From Okamejei kenojei (taxonomy: Eukaryota): a stretch of DNA of 64,000 nucleotides. The notes below the pieces were generated by a model, which saw nothing but the letters and a program-made list of their open reading frames with translations, was not told where the DNA came from and ran no database searches. The stretch is from the NCBI GenBank assembly GCA_035221665.1, contig CM069153.1:40920001-40984000 (forward strand). Direction: 5' to 3'. A program made the position numbers and the translations under genes. Position 1 is the first letter of the stretch. Each line of letters begins with the position of its first letter. Positions 1 to 12,585 of the stretch are shown here, piece by piece.

Positions 1-754
1 ACTACAAATTAAGTAATTTAATCTCTTTAATGTAGTACACAATTGTTTTTGTATTGTAGTGCCTGAAGGGGTAATGGATACGGAATTTTAAAAGGGTTCT
101 GGATAAATAGTTGAAATTGAGAACATTACCAGTCTACGGGGGTATGGGCAAGAGAGTTGACTAACTGAATGGTTTCTTAATTAATGGCACGTGCATGGTG
201 CACTATATTTTCTCTTTGAGTCATAGTCGTACAGCTCCAAAATAAGCACTTTTCGAATAGCCAACATGCCCATGCCAACAAAGATGCCCCATCTACTTTA
301 TTCCACCACACTGTCTTTGCCCCATTCCCCTCTAAATCTTTCCTATCCATTTACCTACCCAAATGTCTTTTAAATGTCATAATAATACCTGTCTCAACTA
401 CCTCTTCTGGCAGTTCATTGCATATACCCACCCCTCTCTGCGGATAAAGGTGTCCCTCAGGTTCCTATTAAATCTTTCCCCTCTCAACATTAAACTTATG
501 TCCCCTGGTTCTGGATTTTCAAGAGAGAGTTAGATTTAGCTCTTAGAACTAACGGAATCAAGGGATATAGGGGAAAAATGCAGGAACAGGGTACTGATTT
601 TGGATGATCAGCCATTATCATATTGAATGGCAGTGCTGGCTCGAAGGGCCGAATGTCCTACTCCAGCACCTATTTTCTATGTTTCCCTTTGTGTAAAAGA
701 CAGTGTAAATATCCTATCTATTCTCCTCATGATCTTATGCACCTCTAGAAAATA

Positions 755-1340
755 TGATACAATACGGTAACATTTTGTTCCCGGAGGGAAATTGGTCTGC
801 CGACAGTCACAACACACAAGGTACACATAAACTTGAAATTAAAAGTGAAAACAAAAAGAAGAAGACAAGCGACTGTTGGCTGGCTTCACAAATGAACAAA
901 CAAACACAGACTGAGCCCCTGGGCAGAGGATTCTAAACTAGAGTCCGCTCCCCACACCGGATCCCGCTTTGTTATCCCACCGTCCCTCACAGCTGTCCCC
1001 CACGCTGGGTCCCCATTGTTCTTCACAGCAGCCCCCCCCAAGTCGGGTTCCCATTGTCTTCCCCTCCCCCTCACGCTCATCGACCACGATGCCCCACCGA
1101 CACCGAGGTTCCCATTGCTGCCGAGTCTCCCATCGCCGCCATCGCTGAGGCTCCTTCGGCTCAGACAGGCCTCGCCGCCTGGCTTCTCCGCAGTCCCCTG
1201 GAAGGCCTGTGGGGCGAGTCAGGCCTACTGGAGCGCGTTACGGTCGTCGTTCTAGTCGTCGGCGGTTAGGTGGTTGGATTGGACTCTCACGGCTCCCCGG
1301 GACACTCCTGCCATGTTCGTGGCTCCCCGGGACTAATCGG
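755..1340 (-). mobile_element. GC-rich non-LTR-derived insertion(s) within an old CR1
   Basis: GATACAATACG tail and Rex-like 3' end (GGAGGGAAATTGGTCTGCC.ACAG); CR1 sequence on both sides. Confidence 0.55.
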
Positions 1341-1567
1341 GATTCAACCCCCACCTGTGCTTCATGGAATAATGTCCTCGTCTGCTGAACCCCTTCCTAT
1401 AGCCCAGGTCCTCAAGTCCTCGTAAAGTTTCTCTTCACTCTTTCCAGCTTAACAAAATCCTTCCTATAGCAGGATGGCCAACAAAATGCTCCAAATGCAG
1501 CCTCGCCAAGACTTGTTTAATTTAGAGATGCAGTGCAGAAACAAGCCCTTCAGCTCACTGAGCCCAA

Positions 1568-2450
1568 TGCAGAATGACTTGGACAGGTTGGAGGAGTGGG
1601 CAGATGCATGGCAGATGAAGTTTAATGTGGGTAAATGTGAGGTTATCCACTTTGGTATCAAAAACAGGAAGGCAGATTATTATCTAAATGGCGTCAAGTT
1701 GGGAAAAGGGGAAGCACAACGGGATCTGGGGGTCCTTGTTCATCAGTCAATGAAAGTAAGCATGCAGGTATAGCAGGCAGTGAAGAAAGCGAATGGCATG
1801 TTGGCCTTTTTAACTAGAGGAGTTGAGTATAGGAGCAAAGAGGTCCTTCTGCAGTTGTACAGGGCCTTAGTGAGACCACACCTGGAGTATTGTGTGCAGT
1901 TTTGGTCCCCTAATTTGAGGAAGGACATTCTTGCTATTGAGGGAGTACAACGTAAGTTTACAAGGTTAATTCCTGGGATGGCGGGACTGTCATATGCTGA
2001 GAGAATGGAGCGGCTGGGATTGTACATTCTGGAGTTTAGAAGGATGAGAGGGGATGAGATAATGTTCTTTATTGAAACATATAAGATTTTTAAGGGTTTG
2101 GACACGCTAGAGGCAGGAAACATGTTCCCGATGTTGGAGGGAGTCTAGAACCAGGAGCCACAGTTTAAGAATAAGGGGTAAGCCATTTAGAATGGAGATG
2201 AGGAAACACTTTTTCTCAGAGAGAATTGTGAGTCTGTGGAATTCTCTGCCTCAGAGGGTGGTGGAGGCTGGTTCTCTGGATACTTTGAAGAGAGAGCTAG
2301 ATAGGGCTCTTAAAGATAGCGGAGTCAGGGAATATGGGGAGAAGGCAGGAACGGGGTACTGATTGGGGATGATCAGCCATGATCACATTGAATGGCGGTG
2401 CTGGCTCGAAGGGCTGAATGGCTACTCCTGCACCTATTGTCTATTGTCTA
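1568..2450 (+). mobile_element. CR1 LINE 3' part (second family), nested in a SINE
   Basis: WQMKFNVGKCEVIHFG, LYRALVRPHLEYCVQFWSP; (ATTGTCT)n tail; SINE halves at 1515-1567 and 2451-2675. Confidence 0.93.
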
Positions 2451-2763
2451 ACCAGCGATCACCCACACACTATCCAACACATTGTGGATAATTTACAGAA
2501 GCCAATTAGCCAAAAATCAACACGCTTTTGGAGTGTGCGAGAAAACCAAATCACTGGGCGAAAACCCACGAGGTCACACGTAGAATGTCCAAACTCTGTA
2601 AAGTCAGAACCTGTAGTTAGGATCAAATCTGAATCTCTGGCTATATAAGGCAGCAAATTTACTGCTGCCCCTGTAATATAACATCCCAACTTCTATGCTG
2701 TGTGATTTCATGTTTGTGAGTGTTTGCTATTTTAACATTAGTTTTCCAAAATACAGTGGATAC

Positions 2764-2850
2764 GAGGGTCTCGACCCAAAACGTCGCCTATCTCCTTCGC
2801 TACTTAGATGCTGCTGCACCCGCTGAGTTTCACCAGCCTTTTGTGTACGC
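2764..2850 (+). mobile_element. Truncated solo Penelope terminal repeat with TSD
   Basis: Direct repeat ACAGTGGATAC at 2753-63 and 2851-61. Confidence 0.75.
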
Positions 2851-2892
2851 ACAGTGGATACAAGGATCATTTTATTTCAAATTGTAGTAAAT

Positions 2893-3028
2893 CATCTTCT
2901 TTCATGTGGTGTACACAGCCTAAAGTTGTAGGGCAACTTGTTCTATTTGATCTTCCGTTTGTGCACGTCGAGTTGATTGCATTAGTCGAAACAGGGCGGA
3001 CCACGTGAAGGTTGCAATCGTCCACCCC
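2893..3028 (-). mobile_element. 136-bp short retroposon with GAA/GAT-type tail
   Basis: Flanked by ATTGTAGTAAAT / ATCGTAGTACAT (10/12 TSD). Confidence 0.6.
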
Positions 3029-3769
3029 ATCGTAGTACATATAAACAATAAAAGGGACATTTAAGAAATTTGCTGTGAGGGGCACTAGACAATGTTTGTT
3101 ATTGTCATGTTTCAAGGGGGTGAGTGTTCAAATTTACCATGGCGCCATTATGTGGCAGTGTAGTATTTGTGACATCAATTCATCTTGCTGTAGCCACCAC
3201 TTAACTATTCCTCTTCATTATTGGTTGATTTACTGATTTTTATTTCCTCCAACATTTTCTGGCTTTATGTTGCCTGCAGAGACAGAAGATAGATTACGCA
3301 ATTGTCGGGGGGGGGGGGGGGGGGGGGGGGGGGAGAGTGAGAGATTTTTTTTTAGATTATTACAACAGAGCCCTAACTAACTTGAGACTTTGCGGTTGGC
3401 ATGTTATTTCCAGATGCTAATTTATAATATAGTTATATTATGTATAATGGTCACTTATACATTTCTTCCTATCTTTTGTTGGCATATCTTGTCTCAATTA
3501 GAAAGGAAGTCAGATGATGTCTACTATTACATACAAGTAATGAAGGGCACGATTTTAATGTGGATAAATAACTGAAATTTGTGATGTAATTCCAGAAATA
3601 ATTAGATAAAGGTTATTTCTTAGCGTTACATTTATAGATGGTTTAAGCATTCAAAATCATAATGACCCAACCATGGGTAATGATAATTAATGATGGCATC
3701 ACGCAAGGAAGAGAAAGGGGAAACTATGGTATAAAGGATGAGATGAAGAACATTGGAAAGTATCAATTA

Positions 3770-4780
3770 TATTAGACAGTCGATTTGTATTTCTGGAATG
3801 GTAACGGGAATTTTTGAGAATATAGCTAGTAGACTAGGTAAAGGAAAACCAATTAATCTGGTGTACTTGGATTTTCAGAAAACCTTTCATAAGAGTCTCA
3901 TGCAAGGCACAAGGTTTTAGGGGTAATAGATTAGCATGGATTAAAAATTGGTTCACAGACAGGAAACAGTAGGAGAAAATGGTATTTCTCAAGATGGCAA
4001 GCATAAAGAGTTGAATAATGAAGGGATCAAATCTTTTATGGTATGAATGATTTGGATGAAGGAACAAAATGTTTAGAAGTTTGATGACACAAAATTAGGG
4101 AATTGTGAAGAAAGTACACAAACAAAGTAGGACAAACAAAGAGTGTTGTAATATTTAAAATATTTATTTGTGAAGTGTTGATTTACATGGAGACTTGGGT
4201 GTTCTTGTACATTAGTCAATGAAAGCTATCGTGTAAGTATAGCAGTTAAGAAGACATAGTAGGTTGTGCTAAATAGCAAGAGGATTAGAGTATAGGAGCA
4301 AGGAAGTCTTACTACAGCTATATTGGTACTGTCATACCTGGAGTAATGCGTGTAGTTTTGGCCCCCTTTACCATGGAGATATACAATTGCACTTGAATGG
4401 CAAACTTCCACACCAGGAGAGGTGACTAAATTTGTACTTGTAAAAGTTTAAAAAATGAGAGGGATTCTCACTGAAACTTTAATAATCTTGAAAGAGTTGT
4501 ATGGAAGATGCTTTACTTACCCAAGGTATTCAGGGTGGGTCAGGGGGGGGGGGGGTCGGGTCAGTTCGGGTCACAATGTCAGTTTGCTGAGTAGGAGATT
4601 TCAGACAGAGATAGGCAAAATCTTCATTCAAAGCTTGGTAAGCCTGTGGGATTTGTTACTAGGCTATGGAGGCTAAGTCATTGCAAGGAGAAAGATAATT
4701 TGTTAGGTGCAAATGAATTCAAAGTAGATAGGGAAAGAGGATGAATGTGATATTCAATTCGGTCTACACATTTTGTGATG
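3770..4780 (+). mobile_element. Old degenerate CR1
   Basis: Remnants of VYLDFQK.F.KV, FDDTKLG and EYRSK..LLQL; many indels. Confidence 0.65.
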
Positions 4781-5104
4781 AAATCAGATTCAGATTTTCT
4801 TGATTGTTTCAGTGGAACTGAATGTTCTGCTTGTTTAATTGAGCATATTGCAGATCGTAACTTGGTCATTAAGTATATTGAACAGAGAGAATGCCTGCAA
4901 ACATGGTTTAAACATCTTAAGCTCTTGCATCTGTTGCCTGGCAAGTGGTTGTAAGTTGCAAGTGACCTATCAATTTTGTTACATATTTTTAATGGCAATA
5001 CTTGAATTCAAATTTATGCTCGCTTGCATCATGACAAGCCAAAATGTATCTTCTAGGCAAGGCAGCATAGTTGTATAACTTTGCTGTTTGTTTCAGCTTT
5101 GTTA

Positions 5105-5381
5105 AGGGCCTGTCCCATTGTACGAGGTAATTCAAGAGCTCTCCCGAGTTTAAAAAAAATCAAACTCGTGGTAAGTATGTAGAATGTACGTCGGAGCTCG
5201 GGACGTCTCTTAGCGGCAGGTACTCGGGGAAACGCGGTAAGCTCGTGAAGACTCGTGAAGATTTTTCTACATGTTCAAGATGTCCACGAGAGCCCCGAGT
5301 ACCTACGAGCGGCTTTTACCGTAATTCTCAGAGTTTGAATCGGGAGCTATCTTGAATTAGCTCGTATAGTGGGCCAGCCCA
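5105..5381. mobile_element. PIF/Harbinger-type MITE
   Basis: TTA|AGGGCCTGTCCCATTGTACGAG...CTCGTATAGTGGGCCAGCCC; imperfect TIRs of the same terminal type as 6282-6926. Confidence 0.8.
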
Positions 5382-5563
5382 ATTACTGTTGTAATGCAGA
5401 ATTAAGCTGTCAAGCTTGTTTAACTTAAGAACATTTTGCAATTTAACATAGTGATTTAAATTTAAATTTTAAGGAAGTGGATGTTCATGTGAATGAGGTA
5501 ATTTCTAGTTTGTCACTCCCCAAGATGTAGTGTGCCCACTAATTAATTACACAATAACTCAAT

Positions 5564-5693
5564 GTCTGAAGAAGGGTCTCGACCCGACACGTCACCCTTT
5601 CTTTCTCTCCAGAGATGCTGCCTGTCCCGCTGAGTTACTCCAGCTTTTTATGCTTATCTTCGGTTTAATCCAGCATCTGCAGTTCCTTCTTAC
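5564..5693 (+). mobile_element. Solo Penelope terminal repeat, hammerhead GAAA mutated to GACA
   Basis: GTCTGAAGAAGGGTCTCGACCCGACACGTCACC...CAGCATCTGCAGTTCCTTCTTACA. Confidence 0.8.
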
Positions 5694-5739
5694 ATAATGA
5701 GTTGGACAATTTTCTTCATGGAATGTTGTCATTCTCACA

Positions 5740-7140
5740 AAGAACATACAAGAACAGCACTGGAACAGGCTCTTTGGTCTTTGATGTCTGTGCTGACCAT
5801 GATGCCAGATTAAACTAACCCCCATCTATCTACATGATCCATATTTGTCCATTCGCTGCATGTGCATGTATCCACCCATATCTGTAAATAATATGTATCC
5901 TGTGACAACCACCTTCACTATCCGCAACTCCATCGGTTTTTGCATCATCTGCAAAGTTACTAATCAGCCCATCTAAATTTTCTTCCAAGTCATTTATATA
6001 TCAGAAACAAGAGGTTCCAAGCACTGATTCCGGCGAAACATCACTGGTTACAGACCACCAGTTAGAATAATACTCCCATTCTTTCCCCTTCTACCTCCTA
6101 GGGCCAAGACAATTTTGAATCAAGCCTACCAGATCACTGGATCCCATGCATCTTAATCTTCTGCATCAACCTATCATGAGGGACTTTGTCAAATGCCTCA
6201 CTAAAATCCATGTAAACAACATTCACTGCACTATCCTCATCAATCATCTTCACTTCCTCAAAAATGTTATCAAGTTTGTAAAGCCCCTGTCCCACTTTGG
6301 TGATTTTTTTTTTTGGCGACTACAGGAGACTCGGCTGTCGCCACATGGTCACGGAGTGATGTCTGTAGGGTCGTGAGTAGTCTCCTCAAGTCGCCTAAAG
6401 AGTCATAACATTTTTTTAATTGCCGCTGGATTTTGAAATATTCAAAACTTTTCGGCGACTGTGGGCTTGATGTAGCTTTTCTTCTCCTGTCATATGTGCT
6501 GTCATAGGTTGTTGCCAGGATGACACGGGTTGTCGCCAGGTGACGTTGGTTGTCGCCGGGTGCTGACTTCAGTGAATTCCATTGGCGACTACCTACGTCA
6601 ACCGGCGACGGATACCGGTGACTGAATTGTCTTCAGTTGTCGCCGACAGTGCCGTTGCTTGTCGCTGGTGGACGTAGGTTGACTTAGGTTGTCGTAGGTT
6701 GTCGCCTGTGTGGTCGTAGGTGGATGTCCTAATGGGTCCCCGATTGTCGCCTGTGTGGTCGTAGGAGGACGTCCTAATGGGTCGCCGGTTGTCAGTAGCT
6801 TGCCGTAGCTTGGCATCGACTAGGTGGTAGGTTGTCGTGGGGGGGGGGGGGGCAGTTGCCGCTTTTTCGGCCACTTGCTACAAATGTGACAGTCGCTGAA
6901 AAAATCGCCTAAGTGGGACAGGCCCCTAAGATATGATCTGCCACATACTCACTCAGATAATAAATCCATACGTGTAAATCCTATCCCTAACAATCCTCTC
7001 CGATAGTTTCCTTACCACTGACACGAGGCACACCGGCCTATGAATTCCTGGATTATCCTATGTCCTCCTTACACAGAGGAACAATGTAGGCTACTGTAGT
7101 CCTCTGGGACATGGCCTGGAGCGAGAGACAATACAAAGAT
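5740..7140 (-). mobile_element. Old CR1, host of the 6282-6926 MITE
   Basis: Minus-strand remnants of FADDAK and VYMDFSEAFDKVPH. Confidence 0.7.
6282..6926. mobile_element. PIF/Harbinger-type MITE
   Basis: TAA|AGCCCCTGTCCCACTT...AAGTGGGACAGGCCCC|TAA. Exact 3-bp TAA TSD inside an old CR1; internal GTTGTCGCC repeats. Confidence 0.9.
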
Positions 7141-7328
7141 CATAGCTGTAAACAGATCAATGACAGGAGAGCAGCCAAGCAAGGATGTATAAGAAAAAAA
7201 GAACAACAATTAACAATTCAAGAAATTATAGCAGTAACTGTTGTGGAAAAAAACTGTTTATAGCAAGCATCTACATTTAGATATAATCTCTAATATTGAG
7301 AGTCAACTAAAAATCAGAGCAATAAAGT

Positions 7329-8958
7329 CCATATATAACCATATAACAATTACAGCACAGAAACAGGCCCTCTCGGCCCTTCCAGTCCATGCCGACCATT
7401 TGTTTTCCCCTAGTCCCATCTACCTGCACTCAGACCATACCCCTCCATTCCCTTCACGTCCATATACCTATCCACTTTACTCTTAAATGTTAAAATCGAT
7501 CCTGCCTCCACCACTTCTGCTGGAAGCTGATTCCACACAGCCACCACCCTCTGAGTAAAGAAGTTCCCCCTCACGTTACCCCAAAACTTCTGTCCCTTAA
7601 TTCTCATATCATGCCCTCTTGTTTGAATCTTCCCTACCCTCAATGGGAAAAGCTTATCCACGTCAACTCTGTCTATCCCTTTCAACATTTTAAAGACCTC
7701 AATCAAGTCCCCCCTTAACCTTCTGCGCTCCAAAGAATAAAGACCTAACTTGTTCAACCTTTCTCTGTAACATAGTTGCTGGAACCCTGGCAACATTCTA
7801 GTAAATCTCCTCAGTACTCTCTCTATTTTGTTGACATCCTTCCTATAACTAGGCGACCAAAATTGTACACCATACTCCAGAATTGGTCTTACCAATGCCT
7901 TGTACAATTTTAACATTACTTCCCTACTCCTATATTCAATGCTCTGATTTATAAAGGCCAGCACACCAAAGGCTTTCTTTACCACCCTATCTACATGCGA
8001 TTCCACCTTCAGGGAACTATGCACAGTTATTCCTAGATCCCTCTGTTCCACAGCATTCCTCAATTCCCTACCATTTACCATGTACGTCCTATTTTGATTT
8101 GTCCTGCCAAGATGTAGCACTTCACACTTATCAGCATTAAACTCCATCTGCCATCTTTCAGCCCACTTTTCCAAATGGCCCAAATCTCTCTGTAGACTTT
8201 GAAAATCTACTTCATTATCCACAACACCACCTATCTTAGTATCATCTGCATACTTACTTATCCAATTTTCCACCCCATTATCCAGATCATTGATGTACAT
8301 GACAAACAACAGTGGACCCAACACAGATCCCTGAGGCACCCCACTGGTCACCGGCTTCCAACCTGACAAACAGCCATCCACCATTACTCTCTGACATCTC
8401 CCATTCAGCCACTGTTGAATCCATCTTGCTACTCCGCCATTAACACCCAAAGATTGAACCTTCTTAACCAACCTTCCATGGGGAACCTTGTCAAAGGCCT
8501 TACTGAAATCCATATAGACAACATCCACTGCTTTACCCTCATCAATTTCCCTAGTTACCGCTTCAAAAAATTCAAGAAGGTTTGTCAAACATGACCTTCC
8601 AGGCACAAATCCATGTTGACTGTTCCTGATCAGACCCTGTTTATCCAGATGCTTATATATATATTATCTCTAAGCATCCTTTCCATTAATTTGCCCACCA
8701 CTGACGTCAAACTAATAGGTCTATAATTGCTAGGTTTATTCTTTGAACCCTTTTTAAACAATGGAACAACATGCGCAGTACGCCAATCCTCCGGCACTAT
8801 TCCCGTTTCTAATGACATTTGAAATATTTCTGTCATAGCTCCTGCTATTTCTACACTAACTTCCCTCAATGTCCTAGGGAATATCCTGTCAGGACCTGGA
8901 GACTTATCCACTTTTATATTTTTCAAAAGTGTCAGTACTTCCTCCTCTTTGAATCTCA
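7329..8958 (-). mobile_element. Young CR1 LINE, 5'-truncated, with RT domain
   Basis: ORF 7410-8606 with GVPQGSVLGP and KYADD; upstream part ORF 8630-8958 shifted by a 2-nt AT slippage near 8660; (TGGTTATA)n tail. Confidence 0.97.
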
Positions 8959-9170
8959 ACACAGAAAAGTCAACACAGAAAAGTTCAGGAAATTGTTGTG
9001 GATGATAAACTTGGTCAGATTGGAGTTGAGTTGTGTTGAGAAAAAGTGTAGATAAAAAGTGGAAAGTATGCAACTGGATTGGGAGATCGGGAATACATCC
9101 TTAGTTTATGAGAGGTCTGATCAAGGATATGATAACAGTGTGGAAGAAACAGTTCATTAATCAGGTACTA

Positions 9171-10363
9171 CAGTGCCCTCTATAATGTTTGGGACAAAGA
9201 CCCATCATTTATTTATTTGCCTCTCTACTTCACAATTTGAGATTTGTAATAGAAAAAAATCACATGTGGTTAAACCGCACATTGTCAGATTTCTATTAAA
9301 GGGTGTTTTTATACATTTTGGTTCCACCATGTAGAAATCACAGCTGTGTTTATTCAATACTTCCCCCCCCCCCCCCCCCCCCCCCCCCCAAAAAAAAATC
9401 GTGGGGCACCATAATGTTTGGGACACATGGCTGCTCTGCTGTGGTTAATTGCCTCCTTAATGCAGGTATAAGAGAGCTCTCAGCATCTAGTTTTTTCTCC
9501 AGTCTTTCTATCACCTTTGGAAACTTTTATTGCTGTTTATCAACATGAGGACAAAAGTTGTGCCAATGAAATGTCAAAGTAGCCATTATGAGACTGAGAA
9601 ACAAGAATAAAATTGTTAGAAACATCAGCCAAACCTTAGGCTTACCAAAATCAACTGTTTGGAACATCATTAAGAAGAAAGAGAGCACTGGTGAGCTTAC
9701 TAATCGGAAAGGGACTGGCAGGCCAAGGAAGACCTCCACAGCTGATGACAGAAGAATTCTCTCTATAATAAAGAAAAATCCCCAAACACCTGTCCGACAG
9801 GTCAGAAACACTCTTCAGGAGTCAGGTGTGGATTTGTCAATGACCACTGTCCGCAGAAGACTTAATGAACAGAAATACAGAGGTTACATTGCAAGATGTA
9901 AACCACTGGTGAGCTGTTAAAATAGGATGGCCAGGTTACAGTTTGCCAAGAAGTACTTAAAAGAGTAACCACAGTTCTGGAAAAAGGTCTTGTGGACAGG
10001 CCTGCAATACAGGCCTGGCAGAGCATCACCAGAGAGGACACCCAGCAACTGATAATGTCCATGAATCATAGACTTCAAGCAGTCATTGCATGCTAAGGAT
10101 ATGCAACAAAATACTAAACATGACTACTTTCATTTACATGACATTGCTGTGTCCCAAACATTACGGTGCCCTGAAATGGGGAACCTATAAACACTGCTGT
10201 AATTTCTACATGGTGAAACCAAAATGTATAAAAACGGCCTTTGTTAAAATCTGACAATGCACTTTAACCACATGTGATTTTCTTTCTATTACAAATCTCA
10301 AATTGTGGAGTACAGAGGCAAATAAATGATGGGCCTTTGTCCCAAACATTATGGAGGGCACTG
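9171..10363 (+). mobile_element. Tc1-family transposon, internally deleted
   Basis: TA|CAGTGCCCTC...GAGGGCACTG|TA with long (over 200 bp) IR-DR-type TIRs. ORF 9588-9920 encodes the paired-like HTH and GRPRKT. The sequence jumps from WKKVLWT to the C-terminal QAWQSIT...GYATKY*. Confidence 0.95.
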
Positions 10364-10374
10364 TATGTGCATTC

Positions 10375-10795
10375 AAGTTGTTAAAGGGAGAAGAGGTAAT
10401 GTCCAGGGTTTGAGTGATTCTTCATTAAGTTGGCTGCTTTCCCAAGGCAGTGTGAATTGTAGATGGATTCTATTTCTCCCACCTTATCTGTGTTGGCACA
10501 GTTACTGTACTTTGGCACCCAAGAATAGGATAGTACGCGTAACATCTGTGGTAGATAATTTACTGTTGCAGATTTAGAGGGATTAGAGGCATTTCGAAAA
10601 ACTGGTTGATTATGATGTGAGCAGCACCTTGTGCCACGGATGACAATAGGATTAACAAATTCATCAGGAAGGCTGGCTCTGTCCTGAGGGTGGTTGGATT
10701 CATGGGAGGTGGTCTTGGAGGGGAGGATGCTCCTCAAACTGCAGAGCATCCAGGACAATACAGCTCGCCCCCTCCATGACACACTGGTCAACTGG
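10375..10795. mobile_element. Rex/Babar LINE fragments in mixed orientation
   Basis: RINKFIRKAGSVL..LDSWEVVLEGRMLLKL.SIQDNTA.PLHDTLVN on + (10635-10795); minus-strand remnant upstream. Confidence 0.7.
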
Positions 10796-11175
10796 TGGCA
10801 GAGGTTCGCTTGCACTTCCTCCAACCTCGTCTTCTTTATCCATTGTTCAAGATGTGGACTCTTATACATTGGCAATTCTGTCTGATTTTAGAGATTGAAG
10901 ATCTGGAATGGTGCAGTTTGAGGCTGTGTTCTGTTTTTTTTTTTTACAAATTTTCTATCATAGAATTGGCACCTCTGATTTTCCACATCTATAAAAGGAC
11001 GTTTGGGAACTGCAGTATTATTTCTGTATTAGTATAAAGAAATCTTTAAAAATTGATGTCTGGAAGTAATTTGAGTTATCTTTAGTGACTTGGGTGATTG
11101 ATAAAATAGATCATTCCAGCTACAGTATGAAACGATTGTCTGCTTAACATAAAAGTAAGAATCAAACAAACAATA

Positions 11176-12585
11176 TCTATATAACTAAAAGTCTCATGTT
11201 GACCACTTCCTGTCTGCGCTGTATATTGATTTTAGAAAAAATGCTACCAGATATCACTATGATTTCTGGCCATCTTACTCAGTCCTTCTCCGCTGAGCAG
11301 GCCCCGAGAAATTTTCCCATCGATGAAAAAAAAAGTTATGAGTGTTTTTTAAAAAAAACCTTGAGATCCTCTCGTCTGTCAATCACCGCAATGAAGGTAA
11401 CGTCCCTTCCGGGGGGGGGGGGGGGGGGGGAGGACTATAAAACCCCAGATGGCTGTACATGACAGTCACTGCAAGATCGCGAGGGAGAGGCCACGACTCT
11501 CATTCTAAGCTGTGAATCAACTGAACTGTGAGTCTGCAATGTACTTGCAATAAATGATTTGTTAGCCCTTAATGAAAATGAAATGAGCTGTTTGGCCTGC
11601 CCTGTGCTTGTAACTGCAATGGCAATGGAAGTGAAATGAAAATGCAATCAGCTGTTCGGCTTTCCCTGTGCTTGAAACTGCAATGGCAATGGAAGTTAAA
11701 TGAAAATTCAGTCAGCTGTTTGGCCTGCCCTATGCTTGAAACTACAATGGCAATGGAAGTGAAATGAAAATGCAATCAGCTGTTCGGCCTGCCCTGTGTT
11801 TGAAATTGCAATGGCAATGCAAATGAAATGAAAATGCAATGAGCTGTGTGGCCTGCCCTGTGCTTGAAATTCAAATGGAAATGAAATAAGTTGTTTGGCC
11901 TGCCTGAAACCACTAATTTTGGCCCACAAGGCCCCTATTAGCCGTGAAACCACTCCCTTTTGCCCAAAATGCCCGTATTATCCCAGGATGAGCATTTTGG
12001 TCCAAAAGGCCCATGCCAGGACAGGAAAAGTCCAGAAAAAGTGCCTTTCACTGAGATTTCACACAGATTTTTTTTTAAAGAGCCCCTTTGGCCCATCATG
12101 CCTTTACTAATCCAGGAGGAGTCCCTTTGGCCCAACGGTAAGTAATCCCCCTGCAAGTATTAACCTCACCCCAGTATTTTTCTCCCTCCCTTCACTGGCT
12201 CCCTGTGAGATCAAAGCCAGGATGGACTTCATTGCTGTGATGTGCAGAAAAAGTTGAAAAATGTCTAAAATTGATTTTCCACCCTCTCCCCCTTCTATCT
12301 CACAGAGTTTTGGGCAGAGTTTCTGCCAGTTTCTGAGCTGCCAGCCCACCTGGCCTGAGTAACTGAGCTGCCAGCCCAAGAATCCATTCGACCCACAATG
12401 TCCATACTAGTCCCCTGGAAACCAGTCCCTTCGGCCCAAAACACCCATACTAGCGCTCCAGAAAGCCCCCCCCAGAAAAAAAAAACTGACCACCAATGTT
12501 GGAATGGGTGAAGAGGTGGAATACTGCTTTGGGGGACCAGCCCTCCTGTGTGAACATGGGACCCAACGGGTCCCACTTAGTCGAG
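11176..12585 (+). mobile_element. Non-autonomous Helitron A
   Basis: Starts A|TCTATATAACTAAAAGTC. Subterminal hairpin TGGGACCC-AAC-GGGTCCCA (12557-12575), then a decayed CTAG end (CGAG|T). No TSD. Confidence 0.75.
11570..11905. repeat. 64-bp minisatellite, about 5.3 copies, inside Helitron A
   Basis: AGCTGT anchor at 11586, 11650, 11714, 11778 and 11842, plus a truncated unit at 11889. Confidence 0.95.

Noticed and set aside
3307-3333. Poly-G run (also poly-C near 9363-9389 and others)
   Set aside because: Simple homopolymers of uncertain length; no evidence of function.
11570-11905. CRISPR-like regular repeat array
   Set aside because: Whole 64-bp units repeat with no unique spacers, no cas genes, and the context is eukaryotic.
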